Below, one piece after another: positions 50,896-64,000 of a stretch of DNA of 64,000 nucleotides (positions are counted from its first letter, which is position 1; every line of letters starts with the position of its first letter). Both the position numbers and the translations under genes were made by a program. A model generated the notes under the pieces. That model saw nothing but the letters and a program-made list of their open reading frames with translations, had not been told where the DNA came from and made no database searches. The DNA comes from Octopus vulgaris (Eukaryota). Where the stretch lies: assembly GCA_951406725.2 (NCBI GenBank), contig OX597818.1, positions 7,378,001 to 7,442,000 on the forward strand, in the 5' to 3' direction.

Positions 50896-52015
50896 TTCAG
50901 CAGAATCCATTCTATGTCACTGTGGAAAGATATGAGTTAGCATGACATGATCATCGTTACTCACTACTTCTAAAACATTCATAATTGACGAGAAATTAAT
51001 GCGCAAAACCCCGACGACATCAGAATCGTCCACGCATAATCATTTGTAAGTTAACTTTTTTCACTTTTCGTCTTGGTTGAAGTACCTGCTTGGCACACAT
51101 CGAACGGTTTTCCTGTCTTATCAGATAAGAATTGTTCTTTCTTCATTGATTCAGTCGTGTACAGAATGTCCTGCACTATAGCATTGACAGTCCACTCCAA
51201 AACTCAAAGATTTTTAGTGAGAGCACTCGTTAATTTTCGGTGATCATCATCGAGAGTGTTTGAATTTCGGTGTCTCTATCGTTTCTCAAAATTTACAATG
51301 TATTTTTATTGTTCTTTAGCTTTTTCTCTTTGATGCGGTTGAATCATTCCCACCTGAGGATTCATATTCCATACGACCTTGATGTACAAAGTCTATTGCA
51401 ACATTTAGAAAGTTAGAAATTACTAAATCGCTGGGTTTAGTAAATATGGGAACAGTGACTGCATGTATTTTCATTTCCTGTTACCTACCATGAGGATCTG
51501 AAAGAAATAAAATATTTCTAATTGTTTTGCAGAGTAGACTATTAAGTGTCCTCAAATACTCTTCATATTCCGTAAATGTATGTGAAAAAATAACTTAAGG
51601 GGAATAATTCCGAGTACAAGTGGCATGTATATATAAAACCTAGTATATCAAATACTGTACAACATGTATTCTTGATGTATCAACAGCAGCAGTAGCAGCA
51701 GCAACAACAGCAGCAGAAGCAGCAACAACAGCAGGAGAAATAGCAGCAGCTACAGTAGCAGCAGCAACATCAGCCATCCAAGAATTAGGACCTGGAGATC
51801 TCCATTTCCAGCGACTTCGAGGGCCATCTCCCAGCGGTGTCGGGCGTCAACGAAGAGCCCTCGACGACAAGAAGACGACCAAAGTTTTTTTTCCAAGGTC
51901 TGGGGTCTCCCGCTCCTAAGCCCTAGACCATCATCTAATCACCCTTACCCGTCTTGTTGCTTAACAACAACAACAACAACAATCAGCAGCCACAACGTCA
52001 GCAGCAGCAACAACA

Positions 52016-52416
52016 GTGGAGGCGCAATGGCCCAGTGGTTAGGGCAGCGGACTCGCGGTCGGAGGATCGCGGTTTCGATTCCCAGACCGGGCGTTGTGTG
52101 TTTATTGAGTGAAAACACCTAAAATCCACGAGGCTCCGACAGGGAGTGGTGGCGACCCCCTGTTGTACTCTTTCGCTCCAACTTTCTCTCACTCTTTCTT
52201 CCTGTTTCTTGTCCCCGATTTCCTACGCAACCGTTGAGCCTGGATGCGCATTCATCCACCGTGGATGCTCTCGGTATTGGGGGTTGACCTGCTTTCTCTT
52301 CTGCGGATCTTACGAATAGCAAAGGACTAGGTTTCGGACTTCTCCCACCACAGAGGCGCGATCTTGGGAGCTCTGGAACGAAGACCGCCTCGCTCAACAA
52401 ACAAACAAACAAACAA
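52016..52416 (+). mobile_element. tRNA-headed SINE family D with (CAAA)n tail
   Basis: tggcccagtggttagg (A box), ggtttcgattcc (B box), (CAAA)n tail; possible TSD agcagcaacaaca in low-complexity flanks. Confidence 0.75.
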
Positions 52417-52699
52417 AGCAGCAACAACAACTGTAAAACTTTGACGAGAGAGAAAAATAAGCAGTACAGCTACAATATAAATGAGATCCCGCGTCTGCAG
52501 GTAGCTTGGCTACTTCGGTAAACGATTTGAACATCATCACAAACAACAGCGTCGCTTTGGATCCAAAGACGGAAACAATATCAGCAGCAAAAATGATATA
52601 AACAACACCAACAGTAACAGCAACGATAAAAACAATTGCTTTGTAACTAAATTGCAGGAGCAAATCTCTCTGGAAGGAAACATACGTACCTGAGTGAAG

Positions 52700-54560
52700 C
52701 AGAAAAACAACCCAATATAGGGGATAGGAAAACCAAGATTGCTATCCTTTCAGATTTGATGGAGAAGACGGCAAGAAGGACTATCGTATACAGATATGTG
52801 TCGCTAAAGACAAGGAAAAATTTCAATGCACCACACAAGTAAGCAGAAAAATGTCTGAGGTGTATTTGGGCTGATATTGATTTTCTCACACGAGAAAGAA
52901 AATATGGTTGTGTGGAAGTGAGGTTCCGTACAAAGACATTGGCCCTAAAACTCTCAATAGCACAATAAAAACACGATAATTTTTTCTTCCCACATACCTT
53001 GGACGGCAGATGATAAAAGTTAAAATATCATATGTGCCACCAGGCTGCCCGCTGTCGCCTCTTCTGTGAGTATTAGCACCTGAGACACTGCTGCAGAAGT
53101 TGGAACAGCTAACGGGCATCCCTTTGTAACCGGGATAAGGAAGAGCACTTCACCGCCATGGAGTCGGACGCCTCCGATGTGGAACCTGCCAGCGCCATCC
53201 TACATGAATATGAGTCAGGGGCTAAAGTCAACGCCAACAAATCGGTGGGTTTGCGGTTGGTCTCCTGGAGAGATAGAATGATGCCATCGACCGGCGATGT
53301 CAAACGTTGGATCGGTCGACCAGTTAAACTGCTAGGGTCTGGTTTGGTACTGATCTCCAGCTTGATAAGAACTGGTACGAGGTGTTGAAGAGGGTTGCCA
53401 GTCTTACCCAGAAATGTATGAGAGGAAACTATTCCTGAAAGGTCGGCCAGAGGTGGTGAATACTTACATCGTCTCCGATATCATACATCACCTGACATCC
53501 GTGCCTTGTCCCAATTACTGCTTGACCGGGCTGGAGCGTCTCTTATTTAATTCCAATAGTCACGCGGTCAGTCTGTTGCTAACATCCTCTCAGTGGCGTA
53601 TTAGGAATGATGTGGCTCCTAATAGGCAGACAGACACTTAGGTTACGCCACCTGCAACGATTTCTGAACGGTGAGTGTGTATGGTTCGTCTTTCCACAGC
53701 TCGGTTCCTTGACGGAACTGCAGTACTTGGTGAAGAAAAGAACGATTCTGCTTGCCTGACACCTAGAATGACGTCAGGCCCTCTGCCAGTCGGGCAATGG
53801 GATTGGTGGATGTTCCGCTTTAGAAATATTTAGAGGATTAGTAGCGAGGAAGTGCGATGACGTTCATGCAGAGATATAGGGCATCGACAAGAACGAACTG
53901 GCTAGTCTGTTCCGGAGGACTTTCCAGTCGGGAACTATCATGGATAATTTCCAGATGTCATTGGCATGGATGTGCTACTGGGGAGCATTACCGGTTCAAG
54001 ATAAACTCTACTGGCTCAGATGTGCTGTCAGATGGGTTTGTCCGAGGTACACGCAATATGACGAAACCGTTCTGCACGCCCTCTTTCAGTGTCTGGGCAT
54101 TGCTGACTTTTGGAGTTATGTCGAACAGGTGCTGTCACTTGAAAAGGGAATTGAGAGTGTTGAGGGAAGTGCTGTCCTGGAGTGAGTTTATTGAAAGGTG
54201 GGCGAAAATTGCGAATATGACAAGAGTGGATGGTATCTCTAAGTGCAGACCTCTCAGTCGGTGGTAAGGAATTGGGGACGGCACTTTAACCTGGGGTTTC
54301 TGAGAAATCTTGGACAGTGAGGTTCCTCAATTATCCTTAGAGGCATTCTTGTATCAAGAGGGCCACATCTCTATCATCCTTCCCGCCACATTTTAAAAAA
54401 ATTGTATGTTATGCATATGACCATTCATTTTCAGTGTATACTTACTTTCTTTGTTTCATTTTTTATCGTTAAATTGTATGTAAACCCTACACTTTATCTC
54501 TGTCATTGTATAGTTCCCTTCATCCCTCGCCTTTCTTGTGGTAAATAAAAATTAAATCAT
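52700..54560 (+). mobile_element. Degenerate L1/Tx1-like LINE (ORF1 piece, ORF2 RT C-terminus, zinc-binding domain, 3' UTR)
   Basis: YGCVEVRF..FLPTYLGRQMIKVKISYVPP; YESGAKVNANKSVGL; RKLFLKGRPEVVN; SLAWMCYWGALPVQDKL..CPR..ETVLHALFQC. Ends at (TTC)n. Confidence 0.75.
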
Positions 54561-54693
54561 TCTTCTTCTTCTTCTTCTTCTTCTTCTTCTTCTTCTTCTT
54601 CTTCTTCTTCTTCTTCTTCTTCTTCTTCTTCTTCTTCTTCTTCTTCTTCTTCTTCTTCTTCTTCTTCTCCATCTTATTGTTATTGTTTTGTTG

Positions 54694-54766
<73 letters not shown>

Positions 54767-54785
54767 CATCATTATTATTATCATC
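54560..54785. repeat. (TTC)n and (TTA)n microsatellites
   Basis: Direct reading. Confidence 0.95.
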
Positions 54786-55514
54786 CTCCCCATCCTCCTC
54801 CTCATCATCATGGTTTCTACAAATAACTTTAGAGGCACACTTATGCCACCATGGAAAATATTAGGAAATATGTCTTGAACGCAATTAAAATTTATCTTTA
54901 ATCGACTTTGCCGTTCTTTTCGACTGTGTTTTAATTCCATTTCTAAACACATTTATTTATAAAGTTTTCGTCTATTTTCTAGTTTCGTGATACCATTAAA
55001 ATAACAGGATACAAACACTTTTCACACATGTTTTTGTGACGCTCGTATCGCCACATAATAAATAGGCTTCTATCACTGTAAATATGATGCACTTGTTTAG
55101 AGATTGAACATAAACTAATTTTAATTGAAAATAAAACGTTAATTACGTTTAAATAGGCAACAAAGCAAAATATAAACAAAAAAACCGGTTAAGATACTGT
55201 TTTCTATTTCTGTTGTTACGCATTCAAGAATGAAAATATTCGACAAACACTAACAATACACCTGTTGCTGCTAAAATAACGTGATACTACTCTCCAATCC
55301 ACTCCTACGCTTCATGTCAACGTCTTTCTACTGTTAAACAGGGACCAAATACAAACGATATTCTGGAATCACAGTATGCACAATATACAATAAATGGTAA
55401 TTAAGTCAGTTTAATTAATTTTACTAATCACAAACGTTATTTACACTACTTGCGTTGAATCCCGAAATATGTACAAATACCCATATATATTTTTATGCAT
55501 TATGTATGTATGTA

Positions 55515-55545
55515 CAGGGCTTGGACAAAATAATGGAAACACCTT
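55515..55545. mobile_element. Solo Tc1-like TIR end
   Basis: ta|cagggcttggacaaaataatggaaacacct resembles Tc1-family termini; no partner end seen. Confidence 0.4.
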
Positions 55546-56466
55546 TAGATTTAAAAAATTTTTCCAACAATTTAATTTCTTTGGAAGTCCGATAGATCTG
55601 TCATTTTAATGAAATTTAATTGCCTATTTCTGATGATATCTGAAAAGAGCAATTTCGGCTACCGCTCTTGCTGTTATACATCATCAATAGATGAGATCCG
55701 GATATTAAAGATATTAAAGTATAGAAAGCACTCCTTAGCGCTCAAATAATTCGAACTTAAACAATGTCTTATGAGGGACCAATTTCACATACTTTATATT
55801 ATATTCCCTACGAGCGTTTCGCCTTGTGGTTGGTTGGAATCAATAGGTTTTCCAAGTATCACTTCATTGCCTTAAGTTACCGATAACACAATAACTTTGG
55901 GCATAGTAATCTGTACATTAATGCAATCAATTTTCCACTCATGATCTTTTGTTTCAGCAGCAAAATTCACTTTGCCTTCAAACAACTATAATGGTGAAAC
56001 TTACAGAAACTATGATATAAATTCGTGTTTATTTTTATTTCTCTTTTATATGTCCTTATTTCTCCATACGTACATATATGCTATCACACTTCATATCCTG
56101 TCACACAGACATACACAGACACACACACACGCACCGCACACGCACACAAACGCGCACAGCACACGCACACACACACACACAAACACACTCACATATGAAG
56201 CGAGACGAGAAAGAGCTGAGTACGAGTCACTCCTTACTGAAGAGGCAAAGGAAAATTGCAGAAACTGACGTCAGTATAAAGAATTCTCGATCGGCACTTT
56301 TCGGACGTTCGATTAAGGTTCCTGTTAGTGCATATGTTTGCATTTGTTTAGCTCTTATTTCTAGCAATGTAGGTGTTTTCTGATAAATTAGTCACGTTTA
56401 GTGGCAATTATGATTTTCCTTTTTGGTGAAACATTGCAAACTGCTGTTTATATTAATTTATATGTG

Positions 56467-56528
<62 letters not shown>

Positions 56529-56551
56529 TATAATGAAAATAATAATAATAA

Positions 56552-56753
56552 TAATGGCATTTTTATATAAGCTTAAAGCTTATGGCGACCACCGTGCAAT
56601 GACTAAGAAAAATAGTCTAATAAAGGGGCATATAAGCCCTAGGAAAGCCTTCTTTATTCTGTCGAGGTCCTATATGCTCTTTTATTAAACTATTTTCCCT
56701 AGTCATTGCACGGTGATCGCCATAAGCTTGAAGCTTATATAAAAGTACCATTA
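56552..56753. mobile_element. ~200 bp foldback / MITE-like hairpin element next to (TAA)n
   Basis: ttttatataagcttaaagcttatggcgaccaccgtgcaatgacta / tagtcattgcacggtgatcgccataagcttgaagcttatataaaa, with further inner pairing. Confidence 0.8.
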
Positions 56754-57069
56754 CTATTATTTACAGGATTGTAAATTCGGCGCCGTAGAAAAAAGCCATT
56801 CGGTACGGTCTTGAATCTGCCCAGTGTTATCTCTTTGGTATTTTCAATCGAGGAGGGCAAAAGCGTCAGAAATGGTTTTCAAGTAACCCAATAGCAGGAA
56901 TTACTATATGGTATAATATAGTATTTTTACACATTTTACCAAAAGAAAGTTTCTTTTCCCTCCAAGCAGTCAATTTGCATTTAGAAGTTAAAATATGTTC
57001 CAAACATATCTTGCAAACAACTTGCACATGCAAGTGCTACCAGTCAATAACTCCGTATACTGGACGCCA

Positions 57070-58490
57070 GCAGGTGTATGGGGGCATCGGGAGAGAATGC
57101 GCGCCGTTTCGGGGCCTACTTCTCGACAGCATCAATGCGCACCGGCCCCCCTCACTGATATGAGGCTCTGCTTGCTAGATCAGCTGGTTATCAAATAAAG
57201 CTCAATATCCTTCTAGTCATCGCTCATCGTCTCTTTTTAACCAAATCCTGTGGCTAGCCTTCTCCACTGTAGACTGGATATCGGTCGTGGTGGTATTGAC
57301 TTTACGATGAGTTAGGCCTAGCGATAACAACAGTCGTCTCACACTGTGTCCAACGAACCCTCTACATCTGACTTCGATTGGAAAATGTTCCGCTTTCCAG
57401 CCAGCTTCTTCACATTCCCCGAGGAGGTTTACATAACTGTTGAATTTTCGAGCCCCAGCGGCGTCCATATTATCTTCATGAGGAACCGTTAGCTCGACTA
57501 TATTTACAACTTTTCTTTATTCACACCACATCAAAATATCTGTTTGTTTCGTAATTGGGATGGGAAAGAAAACCTGGCACCCAGGTAAATCTGCAGTTAC
57601 CTCCCAATAGCTGTTCCACTTTTTATTTCTCACAGGAATCTTCTTCATCTTCTTCTTGAAACGGATCTGCTAACCTGGTCGCACGAAGGTAACGAAATCT
57701 CTAGATGGTACTTCTAACGGTTTTTTCTCAGTGTTGTTGAGATGAATTTGGTTCTTTATATCATTGAAGATAACCTTAAGGACCAAGTTGTCTCTCTCTG
57801 TGTACCTGTTCAATGCTAATGAACAGTTGGAAAGAATATGTTTCAGTGTACCGACCCTTTCACATTTTCAGATGTCATTCTCTGTGACGTTCCATCTTAC
57901 TAGACTCGTAGGTGATTACAAAACATCATAAGATGAACGAATTCCAACTTATCTTCCTCTCAACAACATGTTCTTCCCATCTCGTCATCTGACCTTGATG
58001 AAAACATCGGATGAATGAAGCTCTCTTCTCTCTGCTTCTCTTGTTTTGACGCTATTGCTAACAACAGATCTGCGTTCACTCCGCATCATGCTTACAAACG
58101 GTCTGAACTGATCTGCGCCGAAATCAAGTCCTTTCCGATGGTTCTGTGTTGCTCCCACCATATCTCTGTGTATAAGAAGACAAGATGTCGTCAGTTTCTG
58201 CTTCTGCTTTCCACTTCCTGGCTGTTTTCACCTCTGGTGGGTTACGCCTGATTTCCATATCCTTCGGTTCTCTCAGCATCATGACCTAGCTTATATATTT
58301 CGACTATTGATGCTATTGGTAGCTGCAACGAACCTCTTTTACGATAAAGAGCTGAACTGTTCAACATACGAGGTAGGTCTAGCCACTTTCTAATGAACAC
58401 ATTACATTTTTGTTCAATGATCTTAACTCTCGTGACAATGCTACCTCGTATATTAAAAGTGGCCACGCAAGTCGCGGGTACAAGCCGAAC
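57070..58490 (-). mobile_element. Degenerate HERO/NeSL-like RLE non-LTR retrotransposon fragment
   Basis: IEQKCNVFIRKWLDLPR..SLQLPIASIVEIYK, C..GTLKHILSNCSLAL..YT.R, and VELTVPHEDNMDAA..CEEAGWKAEHFPIEVRCRGF..VEKASHRIWLKR. Confidence 0.75.
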
Positions 58491-58561
58491 TGCAAGCACG
58501 ATATTTTATAGTTACCTGGTAACTTCGAGTTATCAATCACTGCTTGGTGCAAATGCTATGT

Positions 58562-58622
<61 letters not shown>

Positions 58623-61050
58623 CCTCATAAGTTGTCTAAAGTGGATATTACTGCTATGACAGTTTACAGGGATACAACATAAAAATAATATAGATTATGG
58701 CGCGAATTTCTCCGAATTTTTAGAGGCAAATTTCTCATTCTCCCGTTCTTAATATTCCTTCCTTATGATTCTTGACAAATGCATCCTTTTATACTTTTGG
58801 GGATGTAGATTAAATAATGTTTATGTTTCAAACATGCAAATCTGAAAGAAAAGAGAAAATTCTAAAGTTACTGAAATTAGTAACAACGCAATCTAGGATG
58901 GGTTAGGGGACAGTGAAAAATTTCTTAATTTTCTCAATATAATCATAATCCTCTTCACCGAAACCTATGTCTGCCAAGTTTCAGTTAAACACTGTATTTT
59001 TCAGAAAGCTATGTGAATCAAAATAGATAATTGGACACAGATTGCATTCACGTCTCTAACTCTTCCATTCTATATCTTTCTTTCTGTATGTGTGTGTGTG
59101 CGTGTGTAAGCCAACGGGTTTTGAGATCTGATGATACGCCATAAAACTAAGCCCTTTTTGGACGAGAAAACTAAGGTAATCTCATAAACCGGCCTTATCT
59201 AACTTCAGCATAACTATATATATATATCTGTGTGTGTGTGTGTGTGTGTGCAAGTGTGTGCGCGCGCGTATAAAGTGTGAGAGTAAGTATTATGCGTGAA
59301 CTCATCTATCATAATGTAAAATGAACATGGGGAGTAATTTCCTTTTGTAGCCTTTTGCTTTTTCAATGCAATGTATTACATAAAGTAAAAATGCATTTTC
59401 CCAATAATGTGAATACCAAGTCATACAGCCAATATGCAAGCGTGTAACAGCTATTAAATTTTAAAATTGTTACTGTATTACACACAACAACTCACATAAT
59501 TCTTTTAACACGTGCACTTGTATATATATATATATCCATCAAACGATTCTTCACTATGATTTGTCTGTCTTCTGTCTCTTTGATAAGTAATTTCACTGTG
59601 TGTGTAGCTTTTACTTACCTCCCACCAAGCTCCTATTCTGCCCCTTTTACAATAACTCGGTCCCCTCTTTCTATACGCTGTAAAACAACTTGACAGAGGT
59701 AAACAATAAACCAACCAACCAACCAACCAAGGAAGGAAGGAAGCAAGCAAGCAAGCTACCAACTAACCAACCAACCAACCAACCATCCAAATAAACAACC
59801 AACGAAACAACGAAACAACCAACCAACCAATCAACCAGTCAACCAACCAACTAATGTTTATATATATCGGCAACCAATGTTTTTTTTAATAAATATCTAT
59901 CTATCTATATATATGCATGCAAATGCAGCTATAGATATAAAAAGTTCCTTTAACTCTTCAGAGAATATAATGAAACCATTTAAAGTGAGCGTTTGAAGAT
60001 ATTAGAAGCAAATGTTAACAACTATGTCGAAAGAAAACCTTCCCTTTCATTCTAAAACGATACAAAAAGCCTATTTTGTCAATTAATATTGTAATAAAAC
60101 CCACCCAACTACACATATAAAGAATTTGACACACAAGGAAGCGAAAAATATGTTGCTGTATGCATCGTATTCAGCCTTACAGTAAAACGAGCAACACATT
60201 CGGTCATTTTTGCTTTTCATTTTATCAATTTCTCAATTTTATTCTGTTTTATTTTTCATTTTTAAAGAATCAATTAATAGTTACTCTTGTCGTTCTTAAT
60301 CCAACGGATTATGCACGCAGAAGACCACTCTTTAGTTGTGAAATCCAAGCTGCGCTTCCGAGCCTCGAGACATGTTTGCAAGCTGCATGTAGGATTAACT
60401 CTGCTTCACAAGCTGAAAATCTCCGATGATGTTTAAGACGATCTGAATCAATATTATTTATCCTCAGGTCAAACTTCTATTTAGACGTCAAAATTAGGAT
60501 ATTATGTATGCAACGCGAAATAACTCGAGTTTTGGATCTATAAGAATAATTTCTGACAAAAGTACTCGCGTCATACATCAATATAAACATTCATTAAACA
60601 CCTAGTTGAGTACAGAGAAAAATTAAAATGAATACGAGGGAAAAGAGAAACGAAGACGTACAATTATTTCAGTGTTCTTCACACGTTTTCACCCAGAAAT
60701 ATATCAAAGAACCTAAAAAAGTTGTATTAATTATTTCGAGATTCTTTAAATATTCTGTAAGTGTGCAGCTGTTGTATCTATCTATTTTATTTTCTGTTTC
60801 ATTGGTTACTCTTTCGCTATATTGCAATGAAGCATACTTCATGGTAGCCTATGGTAAAGCAGTACAAGGTCTAACCAAGTCAACATATATGTGTATGCAG
60901 AAATTATTTGGCAGTTTATTGGAAGTTTTTGGGTAAGAATATTTTCCCTGCAATATTCTATATGATTGCTTAATTTTATCAGTTTCAATGGCTCCATGCT
61001 ATAAATTGAGACAACAACAAAATAGTCGCGTTTATTTACAAACATTTTAA

Positions 61051-61097
<47 letters not shown>

Positions 61098-61119
<22 letters not shown>

Positions 61120-61658
61120 CAGGCAGTGGCTCTCATGGCTTCTGATCTTAACTGATTGGAAGTGTTATCATGTACATTGTTTTGTCTTGGTATAAAAGAT
61201 GGGCTACAGCAAATATTCTGCTCAATACCACAGATTTGCTTGTCAGTTGTTTGACCTTAACCAGTTGAACATGTCCCTCAGTGGCTGACGATATGTGCAT
61301 CTCTGATCACGAGCAGAAGTAGTGGGGGAGCATCATAGCCATGTGTTGAGAGGGATTCTTTGGGGTTTGAATAGTTCACCTCTGGAAACATGGGTGGTTC
61401 TTTCAACATCATTAAACAACCCTTATTCAGGGACCGTTTGAGCGGGATGGGCTACTCAACTTGAAGAAAATTCTAACTGGGCCCCACCTGCAAGGTCATT
61501 GGCTGTTTATCTTGATATGAGATCACCATGTCGCGCACATATGGTTGTGATGTATGGGCCTGGTGTATCTTTATCAGACGGGTAGTCATGATGGGTATAT
61601 TGGGCTTCGTATATTTTACCCCAGTGTCACTTTGATGGCATGAACTGCTCTCTCACTC

Positions 61659-61660
<2 letters not shown>
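61098..61660 (+). mobile_element. ~560 bp retroposed element (LINE 3' UTR / SINE-like) inside a (TAA)n tract
   Basis: GC-richer non-coding block bounded on both sides by (TAA)n and ending ctctctcactcaataataat. Family not identified from this window alone. Confidence 0.5.
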
Positions 61661-61690
<30 letters not shown>

Positions 61691-61692
61691 TA

Positions 61693-61779
<87 letters not shown>

Positions 61780-62316
61780 GTTATTATTATTATTATTATT
61801 ATATATTTATTTATTTATTTATATATATTTTGATTACTCAGTATAGAATTTTAAAAGTTTTTTCATAGATAAATATGTATAGCGCCATTTCATTCATGAC
61901 ATAGTAAGGAATAAATGAATTAAACTAAATCAAAGATTGTACGAAGCGAAGCATTTCTGAAAGATGAGATGTGAAATCTCATCCATTTGAAGAATAATCA
62001 CAACTCTTCAAACGTGGGAACATTTTGAATAGAATTGTTAATGGTGATGCATGTTAAATTTCAAGAGGAAGAGGGGGGAATTTTACATTTGTAGATGTTC
62101 AGTTGACTGTGTTGCTACTCCGGTATTAATACTGATATCAATGAGCATAATGATCATCATCGTAATAGATGCTATTATAAGGGTATTGTAGATGATGGTA
62201 GCAACGGCGATGGTGACGGCAAGAACGACAACATCAATGATACCAATGATGGTGATGAAGACAACAACAATATGTCTGACACACAATTATTACACATACC
62301 CTTGGGATCAAGTGAA

Positions 62317-62620
62317 GGTGCGTAGCTTAGTGGCTAGAGTGTTCGACTCACGATTGTAAGGTCCTGAATTCGAATCTCGGTGGTGCTTTGTGTCCCTTGA
62401 GCAAGACACATTATTTCACGTTACTCCAGTTCACTCAGCTGGCAAAAATGGGTAGTACCTGCATTTCATAGGGTCATCTTTGTCATATATTGTGCTACGC
62501 TGAGTCATTCTAAGAATAACGTTAAGGGTATGCGCGCTGTGGTGGTGGTGTAAGGGTCTTAGCCGCTTGCATGTTAATTTCACAACCAACTAGTATCCTT
62601 GTCGTCGTAACCGACTGAGT
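62317..62620 (+). mobile_element. tRNA-derived SINE family C
   Basis: Homologous to 38553-38845 (gtagcttagtggctaga..ttcgaatc..ccttgagcaagacacattatttcacgtt..ttgcatgttaattt). Confidence 0.75.
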
Positions 62621-64000
62621 GCCAGTTACTGGGATCAAAATCAGCATCTAAATTTGAATCAATCATAAAATCTCACACGCATTTGTTTCTCTCTAAAATA
62701 TTAGATTAAAGATGCTACTTGCATTCATCAAACAAGATATTATCCCAGCAATTACCATAGTTAACATTACCGTGTCAGCAGTAAATATTAAATACTGTAG
62801 AAAACGAAATAAAAAGAAACATATAAGGTGGCTATCGAAAGCGATCTTAGGAGTACTTTAAAAAGTGGCAGGAAGCAATGTCTAACAAAGACAGATCTTT
62901 GGAGGTATTTGCTGTGTTATAGTTAGCATAAACGCACAATGTAACAAATCACAAATGCACAGATTATATTTTCGGAACATTTATACAAGGGAGTCATTAA
63001 CACAATCACAATCTACATGGAAATACAAGCTGATAAATTTACTGCTAGATCTTAATGATATCTGATTTCACATCTTTAATTACATATACAATGCAGATAG
63101 TACATCTCAAAATGAAACTTCACGAATAGTATATTTCCAAATCGTTAAGGAGGATGTCTCCAGTTGTTGAAGGAGTGACGACCTTCTAGAAATAGTACCT
63201 AAAGTGAAACTCTATAACTTCGAGAATTAATACCTAAAGTAAAACTCTATATTCGTTATTTACAAACATAGTATGAAGCTACTACGCCACCAATCATCCT
63301 TCTAGAAATAATAGACAAGTTTTTCTCCAACGTAATCCGACTGTTTTATAAAACGTATCAAAATAAACAGAGAATGGTGAATGTTAGATAATTTGAACAT
63401 TGTTTAGTGCATCACGACTGACCTGCATCTAAACAACATAAACAATATACTGTTTCATCAATTACACAATGCTACACAATAACGAAGAAATCTAAACAAT
63501 GCTCCATTGTTTGTAAAATAGCTTTCAAGAAGCAGCTTCCCGTTCACGAATCCCAGGCAATCATACACAGGCACCACATTTGAGTATGTGTAGTAACATA
63601 ATTAGATTAGTGTATTTGTATTTGTATACACATTTACTTATTAATTAAGCTGCTACAAAGTTTGTTGTTTTTAATAATATTCTTTTTACTCTTATACTTC
63701 ACTTTAAATTTTGATTGATAGTACTGGCGCGAAAATATAACAGGAACTTGGATATTTACAAATTTGGAATATGGAATTTTCGACTTTTTTTGTCGAATAT
63801 ATTTTTTAAACTGGAACATATGATACAATATATGCTATACAAATTTTCGAAGAAAATTTTCACTTGGAATATCTGAAATAATTACGACACTAGAATTTTA
63901 AAAGTTACAATTTGAAAATCCTCATTATTTCACGTCAAAACAGAAAATAAACGATTTGCAATTTAAAAATCACTGTTACCATCGATTTCAAATGCCTCGT

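Noticed and set aside
51000-51510. Minus-strand splice acceptor with protein-like reading frames (possible host exon or microexon)
   Set aside because: Stops in all frames and no recognisable domain; cannot be supported without RNA-seq or homology search.
52016-52095. Possible tRNA gene
   Set aside because: A and B boxes are present but I see no proper acceptor stem or terminator; it continues into a SINE body with a (CAAA)n tail.

Overview
AT-rich, microsatellite-dense eukaryotic non-coding DNA. The tRNA-derived SINE families and (TA)n/(TACA)n/(TATC)n tracts look like a cephalopod (Octopus-like) genome; this is inference. I can support no intact host gene: almost all ORF-track entries are microsatellite translations or transposon debris. 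The debris includes CRE-like, R4/Dong-like, HERO/NeSL-like and L1/Tx1-like non-LTR fragments, a Penelope GIY-YIG remnant, Tc1/mariner relics, a MITE, Helentron/HINE-like elements and several SINE families. The standout is 30.1-36.9 kb. It holds nine near-identical 535-536 bp head-to-tail units (32038-36858), each with a complete type I hammerhead ribozyme (CUGACGA...GAAA, GUC cleavage triplet, palindromic stem III, long stem II), preceded by an inverted 266 bp copy. Next to it lie a diverged ~546 bp sister element with the same architecture and its own hammerhead, and a third minimal hammerhead element. All three sit in (TA)n tracts. I read this as a retrozyme-like / Penelope pLTR-derived system of self-cleaving RNAs. 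Activity and novelty need experimental and database checks.
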